Positions 55,731 through 64,000 of a stretch of DNA of 64,000 bases are shown in pieces (within the stretch, counting starts at the first letter, position 1; each line of letters starts with the position of its first letter). This DNA is from a virus: the IMG/VR virus record IMGVR_UViG_3300042923_000607, positions 1-64,000 of that record, one strand, 5' to 3'. The notes below the pieces were generated by a model that ran no database searches, was not told the origin of the DNA, and saw only the letters and a list, made by a program, of their open reading frames with translations. The position numbers were made by a program, and so were the translations under genes.

Positions 55731-56775
55731 TATAAATTGTAACATAAACGAATGGAGAAATGATGTTCTCGGTTATACAAATACTCGGTTGGATTTAACG
55801 AGGAATGTATTTGACAAAGTAAAAGAAGGATTTACCACTAACCTATATTACAAGCTAGTACATAAAAATCTTGATGAGAATTCAAATTATCATGTTTGGA
55901 TTTTCGATGGAAACAATAAGGAAAAGAAAATTAAAAAATTCCAGTCTTATCCTTATCCCGCTGTTCAGTTTAAATCCGGTGACTATATAAGTTACACTGA
56001 CGATAGTGGAAACTATCAGATTTGGCTAATTATCGATTTAGATCAGACAAATGAATGGGAAGTTACTGGTGAAGTTCGTCAATGTGTTTATGAATTAAAA
56101 TGGCAAAATGCATCTGGCGATATTATTCATCGTTGGTGCACCATTGACACTTACAGTGTTGGAGACGGTCTACAGGTAACTGATGTTATTAGAGCATTAG
56201 ATGGGACATTCAAAATAAAACTGCCATTTGATAATGAAACTAAATTGCTCAAAGAAGACAAGCGGTTTCTTATTGATATTGAAGGATTGTCGGAACCACA
56301 TGCTTATAAGACTACAATGAACAACATGATCACACAAAACTTTGGAGCAAACGGAAATATTGTTGAGTTGACCGTGACAAAAGATCCTTTTATTGCAGGG
56401 ATAGATAATGCGGAACTTATGATCGCTAATTATTTTACTCCCCCGAATGAGCCTAATCCTCCAACAAACGAGCATTACTCGGTTATTTCTTGTAGTAATC
56501 CCTTAAATCAAATAAGTATAGGTGGAGCGACTAGAACGCTCTCTCCTACTTTTTATGATAATCCAGATACGATAAATACTTCTATAATATCATCTTGGAC
56601 TTACGTTTTACCTTCAGGATATGAAAATCAAATTGTTATTACTCCTTCGGGTAATAATTTAAAAATTAAAGCATTAGACAATACTTCTTTAATCGGAAAA
56701 ATAATTACTGCTACCGTTAGCGATGGAAACAATGATTATGTGTCAAGTATTGTAATTACAATTATTGCAGGATAG
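55714..56775 (+). CDS. Putative head-closure/neck protein with C-terminal Ig-like region
   Basis: GDYI...WLI...C...LKW; synteny. Confidence 0.5.
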   Translation: MNKQFNINCNINEWRNDVLGYTNTRLDLTRNVFDKVKEGFTTNLYYKLVHKNLDENSNYHVWIFDGNNKEKKIKKFQSYPYPAVQFKSGDYISYTDDSGNYQIWLIIDLDQTNEWEVTGEVRQCVYELKWQNASGDIIHRWCTIDTYSVGDGLQVTDVIRALDGTFKIKLPFDNETKLLKEDKRFLIDIEGLSEPHAYKTTMNNMITQNFGANGNIVELTVTKDPFIAGIDNAELMIANYFTPPNEPNPPTNEHYSVISCSNPLNQISIGGATRTLSPTFYDNPDTINTSIISSWTYVLPSGYENQIVITPSGNNLKIKALDNTSLIGKIITATVSDGNNDYVSSIVITIIAG

Positions 56776-56785
56776 AGGTGATTTA

Positions 56786-57373
56786 ATGGCATATAATGAA
56801 ACTTTTACCTATTTAAGTGCTTTATATAAAAGTAGATTGCTTAATAGGTTTTCAACCAGTGATGATTTATTTTTCATTATTAGCCCCACTCCTGTACAAG
56901 GATTTGATAATGACCAAATATTGCTTGGTGGAGAATTTATCATTAATGGGAATAAGACGGTGCTTCAACCATACTTATACGATTTTCAGTTTGTTCCCAC
57001 GACTCTTACAGAGGCAAAGCTAATAGTATGCGTAGAAATAGACCCTACTTCTGTAGAGAATTCAATGATGAGTAATTTTGTTTTTAATGTTTACATTTTT
57101 TCTCCAAGAACAAGTATTCCATTAAACGAATATACCATTCCGAAAAAATCAGAGGTGAACCAACACGGGTTGATAGGAAACAGAATAGATTGTACTTGCC
57201 AAATCATAGAACATTTAATGAAAGGTTCTGAATCATTTGGCTTAGGCAAGATTACAGTGGCTGCGAGAGATTTTACCGCTCCTTTTTCTCCTAATGATGC
57301 ATATGCTGGGAAACGTATGAAATTTAAGGTTAATGGATTCTCGCCTTTGGAGGTGGTTACTTGTGGCAATTAA
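56786..57373 (+). CDS. Putative tail terminator
   Basis: NRID...FGLG pattern; synteny. Confidence 0.5.
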   Translation: MAYNETFTYLSALYKSRLLNRFSTSDDLFFIISPTPVQGFDNDQILLGGEFIINGNKTVLQPYLYDFQFVPTTLTEAKLIVCVEIDPTSVENSMMSNFVFNVYIFSPRTSIPLNEYTIPKKSEVNQHGLIGNRIDCTCQIIEHLMKGSESFGLGKITVAARDFTAPFSPNDAYAGKRMKFKVNGFSPLEVVTCGN

Positions 57374-58136
57374 TAAGGAACTGATAGAACAACTACTTAT
57401 GTTTGGAGATCCTTATGTGTATGAAGAAAAAATTATTTTATATCCCGTACTAATGAGTAATGTGGTTCCGTTTAATATTTACTCACAATCTATAACAGTA
57501 AGGAAAGACAGTACTTTTCCAGAAAAAAAGATTATCAAGATGCCATATTTACAGTTTTTATACTATTGTTCAAACAATAAAGAACTAGCAGAAAAATATA
57601 ACATCTTTGATTTGCCAAACTGGTATAGATATGCAATGAGGTTATTAAAACTTGTTTGTCAAACTGACAATGTTAGGTTTGATCTTAATACTGGTAATTT
57701 TTATATAGAAAACATAGAAGTAAATTATAAAATGTTTGATGACATAAGAAGAATTATCATATTGCAAAATGAAATAAGCTTCGACATCGATGAGTTTTTG
57801 CATTATGAGGCGGAACAAGCTCTCATAGATTCTTCAAACAAATTAAACCAAGACAAGATAACATTAGAAGATCAAATAGATAGCTTAATAATTCAGACTC
57901 ATTACTCGGAGCAAGACATCAAAAATTTAACGATTAGAAGATTTAATAGACTTCTAAGAAGAATTAATATGAGAGATGATTTTATTATTGCCAAAGAGGC
58001 CGAAATGGGAGGAATGGTTAAGTTTAAGAATCCGATAAAGCATTGGATGATTAGTATAGAAAAACAAGACAAATATTCTGACGTTAAAACTGATAGTAAA
58101 TCATTTAACGAACTAAAGGGCAAGATTGAATCTTAG
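57363..58136 (+). CDS. Tail-module protein
   Basis: FDDIRRIIILQN...LTIRRF...IKHW; directly before the major tail gene. Confidence 0.55.
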   Translation: MAINKELIEQLLMFGDPYVYEEKIILYPVLMSNVVPFNIYSQSITVRKDSTFPEKKIIKMPYLQFLYYCSNNKELAEKYNIFDLPNWYRYAMRLLKLVCQTDNVRFDLNTGNFYIENIEVNYKMFDDIRRIIILQNEISFDIDEFLHYEAEQALIDSSNKLNQDKITLEDQIDSLIIQTHYSEQDIKNLTIRRFNRLLRRINMRDDFIIAKEAEMGGMVKFKNPIKHWMISIEKQDKYSDVKTDSKSFNELKGKIES

Positions 58137-58176
58137 CTCTTTTTTTATATGATAAATAAGAAAGAGAGGAAAAAAT

Positions 58177-59178
58177 ATGAAACAAAACGAATTCGTCGCA
58201 AGTGCTGCGAATCTTGCATTTTTTGTTAATGATCAGTTGGCATTCACTGGCACTGCAAACTTAAACTCTACTGTTACCGTGGCAATGCAGGAAACAAATG
58301 TAAATGCAGGACAGGGAAATATGCTTCTGTTCTCATACAAACATTCTAGAGAAATGACGGTAGCCGCCACAGCCGCTGATTGGAAGTTAGAATATCTGGC
58401 ATCTCAAGCTGGAACAGCCGTATCTCAGGGATTAAAGGATTTCTATAAGATTAACGAATGTATTACATTAACTGGCGGGGTAGGCACATTGTCTGAAGTT
58501 CCATTAGGCGGAAAAGTCGGAGTTGAACTTCCTTCTGGAAGTGTAGTTACTGTGGTTCCTACGTCTAGTACCATCAACTTATCTAGTTATGGGTTAACAA
58601 CTGAATCTGTAAAAGTTACATATAGGTATTCTACCACTGCAAAATCGGTTGTTATTGATGCTAGTTCTACTCCGCTTACCGGAAAATTAATATTAAGTGC
58701 AGGAAAATATCAGAGCAATAGAGGAAAGACTGGAAATATTGAAATAATCATTCCAGCATTTCAGTTGTCTGGTAATTTTGAAATTGCTTTAACTCCCGAC
58801 TCCGTTGTTTCCACAAACCTTGAGGGTAGATCATTGGCTGTATATGGTGATACCTGTGAGAGTGGAGCTCCTGTATATGCTTATATCAACGAAGAAGATT
58901 CTACTGAAGCACTAGCTGTATCTGAAATTTCAGCCGCTCCTTCTTTCGTGACTGTAGGAGTTGGAGACACCCAAACCCTTACCGTTCTTGGTTTAAATGG
59001 AGAATTATACCGCCCAGTGGCGCTTAGTAATTCAGACTGTACTTTTACATCTGATACTCCTGGAAAGGCAACTGTGAATTCGAGCGGTGTTATAACTGGA
59101 GTTGCAACGGGAACTGCTCTTGTTACCGTAGAATATGAAGGATTAGAAGACGTAGTATCGGTAACTATAGAAGCATAA
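58177..59178 (+). CDS. Major tail protein with C-terminal Ig-like (Big_2) domain
   Basis: Gly/Thr/Ser-rich; FTSDTPGKATVNSSGVITGVATGTALVTV Big_2 motif. Confidence 0.85.
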   Translation: MKQNEFVASAANLAFFVNDQLAFTGTANLNSTVTVAMQETNVNAGQGNMLLFSYKHSREMTVAATAADWKLEYLASQAGTAVSQGLKDFYKINECITLTGGVGTLSEVPLGGKVGVELPSGSVVTVVPTSSTINLSSYGLTTESVKVTYRYSTTAKSVVIDASSTPLTGKLILSAGKYQSNRGKTGNIEIIIPAFQLSGNFEIALTPDSVVSTNLEGRSLAVYGDTCESGAPVYAYINEEDSTEALAVSEISAAPSFVTVGVGDTQTLTVLGLNGELYRPVALSNSDCTFTSDTPGKATVNSSGVITGVATGTALVTVEYEGLEDVVSVTIEA

Positions 59179-59187
59179 GGATATATT

Positions 59188-59213
59188 GTGGGAGGGGAAA
59201 CTCTCCCACTTAT
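59188..59213 (+). terminator. Terminator hairpin
   Basis: GTGGGAGGG-GAAA-CTCTCCCAC then TTAT. Confidence 0.65.
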
Positions 59214-59227
59214 ATTAAAGGAGTTTT

Positions 59228-59458
59228 ATGGAAAATATTGATATTAAAGAGTCAAAAGATGAAAGTTATAAGAAGGTAAAAAAGAAAATCAAACAGTGTA
59301 GAATAATTAAATTTGATCCCTTGAGAAAAAGAATCAAAATTGATTTTGATGGATATGGCATTGATGTGTCTGATGTTGTGGAAATTAAAAGCGAATATGT
59401 TAGAATTGAATATTCAGGTGAAATCGGACGATCAAATTTTAAGTTTAGGATAATCTAG
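59228..59458 (+). CDS. hypothetical protein
   Basis: AAAGGAG RBS; FDGYGI...YSGEIG. Confidence 0.7.
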   Translation: MENIDIKESKDESYKKVKKKIKQCRIIKFDPLRKRIKIDFDGYGIDVSDVVEIKSEYVRIEYSGEIGRSNFKFRII

Positions 59459-59465
59459 GAGTCGT

Positions 59466-59690
59466 ATGTGTAAAAATTCATATATAAAACTCAGTTCCAC
59501 CACAAAAACAGAAATGATATATTGTCACTTATTTGATGATGAAAATTCAGATATGCTAAGGATTTGCAGGTTTCAAAAGTATTGTGGACAAGTAAAAAAA
59601 TATATATTTAATAACGAAAATAAGTGTAAAAGAAAAAATATATTAGAGGATGGGCATGAAAAGTGCAATGAAGATATTAATTTTTCATAG
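59466..59690 (+). CDS. Cys-rich small protein
   Basis: MCKN...YC...CRFQKYC...C. Confidence 0.65.
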   Translation: MCKNSYIKLSSTTKTEMIYCHLFDDENSDMLRICRFQKYCGQVKKYIFNNENKCKRKNILEDGHEKCNEDINFS

Positions 59691-59758
59691 GCATATGTCC
59701 GTTACAAAATGGATGTATGCCTATTTTTTTACAAATTATAAATGAAAGAAGGGTTTAT

Positions 59759-59968
59759 GTGGAAAAGATAATAACAATAAGATACGACAGTAATGATGTC
59801 GTCTATACCGATAACCAAAAAATGGTAGCCTTCTATTTAGAGCAAGGAGAACAAGTTCTATATACACTATTGGGAAATGAAAAAAAGTTATTATTTGCAT
59901 TTTCAAAAATAAAAACAGCAGAATCATTTAAGAAGTGGACTGAAAATAAACCAAGAAAAAATAAATAG
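59759..59968 (+). CDS. small DUF5659-like protein
   Basis: NQKMVAFYLEQG...LLFAFSK...FKKW. Confidence 0.55.
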   Translation: MEKIITIRYDSNDVVYTDNQKMVAFYLEQGEQVLYTLLGNEKKLLFAFSKIKTAESFKKWTENKPRKNK

Positions 59969-59978
59969 AGGTGATTTA

Positions 59979-60314
59979 TTGTACAAAGAATTAAAATCGC
60001 ACAACACATCTTCAGAAATGGGATATGTCTACATATTACACAACCCAGAAAGTAACTTAGTTAAGATTGGGAAAACAAAATTCCCTTATAAAAGATTCTC
60101 TAATCTTTCAAATCAAAATGGCAGTAAGTTCAAATATCATATTACTGAATCTATGTTTATAGAAGGAATTATAGAAAAAATATTACATAATAAGTTTGCG
60201 ATGAAAAGAAAATGTGGTGAATGGTTTAATATTAATTTTGATGATGCTCTTTCGGAGTTAGAAAATATATTAAACAGCGAAGATTTCAAGAGAAGAAATA
60301 TCAATAAAATATAA
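59979..60314 (+). CDS. GIY-YIG/T5orf172-domain protein
   Basis: GYVYIL...VKIGKT...KRF...EKILHNKF...GEWF. Confidence 0.85.
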   Translation: MYKELKSHNTSSEMGYVYILHNPESNLVKIGKTKFPYKRFSNLSNQNGSKFKYHITESMFIEGIIEKILHNKFAMKRKCGEWFNINFDDALSELENILNSEDFKRRNINKI

Positions 60315-60336
60315 GTTTGATTTAAGGAGGATTAAC

Positions 60337-60516
60337 TTGCCAAATTACTATTATGAATGCGAAGACCACGGAGAAATGATTTTGCGATTGAGTATGTCTG
60401 AAGTAAAGGATGAAATGGAGTGTCCACTATGCAAAAAGAAAGTTAAAAGAGTATACTCTCCTACTCCTAGCGTTTGGTGCTGCTCAGGCTCATACAATCA
60501 GACAAGAGGTAAATAA
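60337..60516 (+). CDS. FmdB-like zinc-ribbon protein (59 aa, not in ORF track)
   Basis: TTG start after AAGGAGG; PNYYYECEDHG...ECPLC...KRVYS. Confidence 0.7.
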   Translation: MPNYYYECEDHGEMILRLSMSEVKDEMECPLCKKKVKRVYSPTPSVWCCSGSYNQTRGK

Positions 60517-60990
60517 ATGGCTAAGAAAAGAACAAGGTCAAAATTTCATGTAGATATTACATCTAAAGGTATAGAAAAACGTACATATGAGGGAGAAACT
60601 TATGACAGTTTAACGGAAATGAGATTCCTTCAAGAGTGGATTCTGCCAAAAATGGAAAGCGGAGAAATAGAAAAATGGGAAAGACAAATACCCTTTATTC
60701 TGCAAGAGGGATTCACAAGAAAAAATGGCAGCAAGGTTTTGCCTATAAAATATATAAGCGACTTCATTGTTTATTGGACTGATGGTACCCGTACTATTTT
60801 TGATGTTAAAGGTCAGCCGGATAATTTAAGCAAAACAAAAAGAAAAATTTTCTGGAAGAAATATCCTGACGAAGAATATGTGTGGATGTGTAGAAATATA
60901 AAATTTGGAGATGAGAGTCACTGGTTGACATACGAAGAGTTGGAGCAGAAAAGGAAAATGGAAAAGAAAAACAAGACCTCAAATAAGTAG
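60517..60990 (+). CDS. DUF1064-like PD-(D/E)XK endonuclease
   Basis: YDSLTE...RQIPFILQ...YISDF...DVKG...KRKIF. Confidence 0.85.
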   Translation: MAKKRTRSKFHVDITSKGIEKRTYEGETYDSLTEMRFLQEWILPKMESGEIEKWERQIPFILQEGFTRKNGSKVLPIKYISDFIVYWTDGTRTIFDVKGQPDNLSKTKRKIFWKKYPDEEYVWMCRNIKFGDESHWLTYEELEQKRKMEKKNKTSNK

Positions 60991-61022
60991 GTCTTTTATT
61001 TAATCTAAAATGGAGGATTAGA

Positions 61023-61592
61023 ATGAAAACATCAAACAACATTGAATTAAAAGATAAAGTATCTTTAGATGACAAGATTAAAATTATTAATACGGTAGTT
61101 AATTCATGCTTTTTAAATGGAGAATATACTCCTTATTATAAGGATTATACCTTAAAAATGTGTTTTGGATTATATGTTTTAAGTGGAATAGAATTTGAAG
61201 AAAACGAAGATATTGCAGAATTAATAGAGGAAAAAAATGAACTATCTGAACTATGGAGAATGTGGAAAGACGATAGTTTTAGCTGGGAACTAACTCAAGA
61301 CATCGATGACATTGTAGACTACAAAAAGAAACAATTGTTGAATGAAAACAATGAGATTAATAAATATTTGATTGACTTATTAAGGGAACAAGTTGAAACA
61401 GTAAAATTACAGAAAAAGGTTCTTGAGCAGGCCGATAAAATTAATGGTCAGTATTCAAAGGAAGACATCATGAGAATAACTGAGGCTTCTGAGAAATTAT
61501 CAGATAAATTAAAAGATATTGACGTTCAGAAAGGCTTAGTTCAAAGCATAAAGAAACCAACCGACCACAAAAGAGCTCAGAGGGCAAAGTAA
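61023..61592 (+). CDS. hypothetical protein, possible tail assembly chaperone
   Basis: Position before tape measure; EYTPYY motif. Confidence 0.5.
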   Translation: MKTSNNIELKDKVSLDDKIKIINTVVNSCFLNGEYTPYYKDYTLKMCFGLYVLSGIEFEENEDIAELIEEKNELSELWRMWKDDSFSWELTQDIDDIVDYKKKQLLNENNEINKYLIDLLREQVETVKLQKKVLEQADKINGQYSKEDIMRITEASEKLSDKLKDIDVQKGLVQSIKKPTDHKRAQRAK

Positions 61593-62026
61593 TGACTACA
61601 TATGGTAGAAACGCGAAAGACTTAGAAAAATACTTAAAGAATCTTGCGAAACAGGTTTGTGACTATGCTAGCAATGTTGTATATGAAGCGATTAATTACT
61701 ATTTGAACCAATACTATTTAGAATTTGATCCCGTGTCATATCGTAGAACGGAACAATTATTAAGAAGTGCTTTTAAGACTAAATCTGTTTGGTCAGGAAG
61801 TGCATGGACTGCTGAAGTCGGTATTGATTATGAGTCTTTGGATTACAACGAAGCGACTGGTTACGATGTAATTTCCTATGCGAATCAAGGGTTGCATGGG
61901 GGTATAGACGTTGGTTCTGACACTCATGTATATGATGATGCAATTAATAAAACAATCAGAAATGGACAATTGATTGAAGATATTATTAAATACATTCAAG
62001 ATAAGGGTATAAGGGTAACAAGATAA
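61592..62026 (+). CDS. hypothetical tail-region protein
   Basis: YxEFDPxSYRRT...L pattern; TAATG coupling to upstream gene. Confidence 0.6.
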   Translation: MTTYGRNAKDLEKYLKNLAKQVCDYASNVVYEAINYYLNQYYLEFDPVSYRRTEQLLRSAFKTKSVWSGSAWTAEVGIDYESLDYNEATGYDVISYANQGLHGGIDVGSDTHVYDDAINKTIRNGQLIEDIIKYIQDKGIRVTR

Positions 62027-62036
62027 AAGCAGTATT

Positions 62037-62258
62037 TTATATTGAATAATCCTCATTACTCTCCTCTTCTATTATCAACAACTCTTCAACTCCACAATTC
62101 AATATCTTGCATAATTTTTCTAGTATGTCAAATCTAATACTTTGAGTTTTCCCGTTACATAAATTATGTAAGTTTTTATATGTGCAACCAGCCCCTTTCG
62201 CTACTATTGCCATATTAAGATTTTCTTCTTGAATTTTGTTTGCTATATTAATTATCAT
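62037..62258 (-). CDS. Cro/C1-type HTH regulator
   Basis: VAKGAGCTYKNLHNLCNGKTQSIRFDILEKLCKILNCGVEELL. Confidence 0.85.
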   Translation of the reverse strand: MIINIANKIQEENLNMAIVAKGAGCTYKNLHNLCNGKTQSIRFDILEKLCKILNCGVEELLIIEEESNEDYSI

Positions 62259-62393
62259 GTTTGAATTGCCCCCACAAAGAATATACCATAACTTACCATA
62301 TTTGTCAATTTTTATGTAATATTTATTACCTAGCAAATAACTCGGAATTGTATCATATAGAAAAACAATTATGTCGATATCGACATAATTATA

Positions 62394-62556
62394 TTGACAA
62401 TTTATAGGGACTATAGTATGATATTCCTAAGGAAAAAATAGGGGGGAGGATTGCACATAATGTACATGATTATTTTGTAAACAATACACTATAAAACAAG
62501 TTTAATTAAATCTTAATCTTTGCAATATTGACATTTATTGGAACAAGACCTATAAT
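62394..62556 (+). promoter_or_regulatory. Two tandem sigmaA promoters
   Basis: TTGACA-17-TATGAT (62394-62422) and TTGACA-17-TATAAT (62528-62556). Confidence 0.75.
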
Positions 62557-62602
62557 AAAAATTGTTAAAATTAAACAATTCACCCGATTGCGAGGAGGGG
62601 TT

Positions 62603-62932
62603 ATTACGGAAAATGAAAGAATTGGTTTTGACGAGCTAGAAGAAGATTTATTAATGTTAATTTTTTATCACGGCAAAGAAAAATTTAGGATCACTGAGGA
62701 CTTGGTGAATACAGTTACATACACCGTAGAAGGCATTGGATTTGAACAAGAAGATGATGAAGTCGTCGTAGGAAGCGATATGTATGATTATATGATATTA
62801 AAAAATACATTTTTGTCATGTTTCAATTTAATTCAAATTGTATGTATAACTCGTTATCGAGATGAAAATAGATTACCATGTTGCTATGAGTTACATGTGA
62901 CAGAAGGGCATGTATCGATTGAAGTTCTATAA
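62603..62932 (+). CDS. Moron-like hypothetical protein (ATT start)
   Basis: GAGGAGGGG RBS before ATT; own promoter and terminators. Confidence 0.65.
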   Translation: MTENERIGFDELEEDLLMLIFYHGKEKFRITEDLVNTVTYTVEGIGFEQEDDEVVVGSDMYDYMILKNTFLSCFNLIQIVCITRYRDENRLPCCYELHVTEGHVSIEVL

Positions 62933-63004
62933 AAAATAAATAATAAAATTTAAAGAGCTATTTAGTGAAAACTATTTGGCTCTTTTTTAATGAAGAAAAA
63001 TATC

Positions 63005-63029
63005 ACACTCCTTTCAGGGGTGTTTTTTT
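63005..63029 (+). terminator. Rho-independent terminator
   Basis: ACACTCCT-TTC-AGGGGTGT followed by T tract; second hairpin AAGAGC/GCTCTT at about 62952-62988. Confidence 0.7.
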
Positions 63030-63075
63030 ATGTGAAAAATAACCCGTGAGTTAGAAAGGATGGTGTTACTTATAG

Positions 63076-64000
63076 ATGGATGATTTTAAAACCCTGTTGA
63101 GCGTTGCCTATAGTATAAAGCAAGCTCAGACTGAAACAAATAAAGTAATAAAAGAGGTACAAAAAAACGCTAAAATACAGCTTGACTTGGATATTACAGA
63201 TAAGGAAGCCAAGAAAGTAATAAATGAAACAAGAAAAGATTATCAGAATTGGTGGAAAACTGCTTTATCTCAGGAGTCTAATTTGCAAAAGCAAAAAGAT
63301 AACTTTAATAAAAAAAATCTTTCGGCTATAGATTTAGAGATAAAAAAAAGAAAAGAACAGTCCACACAGTTTAGCAATCAAATAAAATCACAGATGTTGG
63401 AAGCTCAAAAACTTGCTAAAGCTCAACAATCGGCAATCTCCCTAAGCCAAGACAGAGATACTCTTAAAAACAGAATAAACTCTTATGTTAAAAATAATCC
63501 AGCTTTAAAGGAAATGTCTTCTGATTTTATTAAACTAAGAGATTCGGTTGAAGGATTAGATAAAGTGGGATTATCTTCTGCTAATAAAGAATTTAGATTA
63601 CTACAGTCTTCTGCTGAATCTTTAGGGAAAACCGGAGATACTTATTTCAGTAAATTAGGAAAGAATGTTCAACAGTTTGTTGGTTTCTTGGGTTCCGCTA
63701 CGGTAGTAATGACAGGAGTTAATGCTATTCGTAATATGATTACCGAGGTTTATAATTTAGACCAAGCCTTGGTTGATTTGCAAATGGCTACTGGATACAC
63801 TCACGAACAAGCAAAAGAACTTCTCAGCACATATATTGATTTAGGAAAACAAATGGGTGCTACTGCAACTGAGGTTGCTGCCGCTGCCGGTGACTATCTT
63901 AGACAAGGTATGACAATAGCTGAAACAAACAAGTTAATAAAGGACTCCCTAGTACTTGCAAAGTTGGGCAATATTGATACGGCACAAGCAACTACTTACT
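63076..64000 (+). CDS. Tail tape measure protein (5' part, runs off window)
   Basis: ATG GAT GAT TTT open to the window end; EVYNLDQALVDLQMATG...LGKQMGATATEV...YLRQG TP901-type core. Confidence 0.88.
   Translation, partial: MDDFKTLLSVAYSIKQAQTETNKVIKEVQKNAKIQLDLDITDKEAKKVINETRKDYQNWWKTALSQESNLQKQKDNFNKKNLSAIDLEIKKRKEQSTQFSNQIKSQMLEAQKLAKAQQSAISLSQDRDTLKNRINSYVKNNPALKEMSSDFIKLRDSVEGLDKVGLSSANKEFRLLQSSAESLGKTGDTYFSKLGKNVQQFVGFLGSATVVMTGVNAIRNMITEVYNLDQALVDLQMATGYTHEQAKELLSTYIDLGKQMGATATEVAAAAGDYLRQGMTIAETNKLIKDSLVLAKLGNIDTAQATTY

Larger units (their letters stand above)
1..64000. mobile_element. Segment of a large SPbeta-like temperate siphophage/prophage (ends not in window)
   Basis: Phage replication, head, tail and tape-measure genes; YonO-like RNAP and MrpR-like repressor; divergent two-arm layout; Firmicutes-type RBS and sigmaA promoters; no host housekeeping genes. 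Confidence 0.93.

Noticed and set aside
61023-62026. Programmed frameshift of tail assembly chaperones
   Set aside because: Genes are joined by a simple TAATG overlap and I saw no slippery heptamer near the junction
37613-62056. Minus-strand ORFs in the right arm (e.g. 43083..43325, 51131..51361, 53092..53355, 56197..56475, 61793..62056)
   Set aside because: Antisense to well-supported genes with no translation signals
1-64000. Reverse transcriptase/DGR, introns, inteins, IS elements, attL/attR
   Set aside because: No RT or transposase motifs, large genes appear uninterrupted, and no host-phage junction lies in the window

Overview
The whole window is part of a large, AT-rich, SPbeta-like temperate siphophage/prophage of a Firmicutes (probably Clostridia) host, with two divergent arms. 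Left arm (minus strand, about 1-35.4 kb): a replication/recombination module (ERCC4 nuclease, family B polymerase, primase-helicase, Cas4/RecB-like exonuclease, SSB, Sak3-like annealase), an RNA ligase, a lysogeny-control block (MazF-like, YopQ-like, MrpR/YopR-like), a tyrosine recombinase and dozens of small accessory ORFs. Right arm (plus strand, from about 36.5 kb): SF2 helicase, YonO-like single-subunit RNA polymerase, beta-CASP nuclease, metallophosphoesterase, terminase, portal, protease, capsid, tail genes and the start of the tape measure gene. Most notable observations: (1) about 33 copies of an 18-bp palindromic site (ATAAAA-N6-TTTTAT type, variable spacer) sitting between stop codon and next RBS, dividing the accessory region into integron-like cassettes; (2) one such cassette holds a radical SAM/SPASM enzyme with an atypical Cx7Cx6C motif followed by four otherwise unrelated proteins sharing the N-terminal motif MK-x-R-x-D-[FY]-VTNSSSSS; (3) an oriented 12-bp operator-like repeat, a hammerhead ribozyme, an anticodon-less tRNA-like element, LexA and NrdR boxes, and repeated ATT/ATA start codons. 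All family calls are by visual motif recognition only; no database search was run and motif counts are manual.
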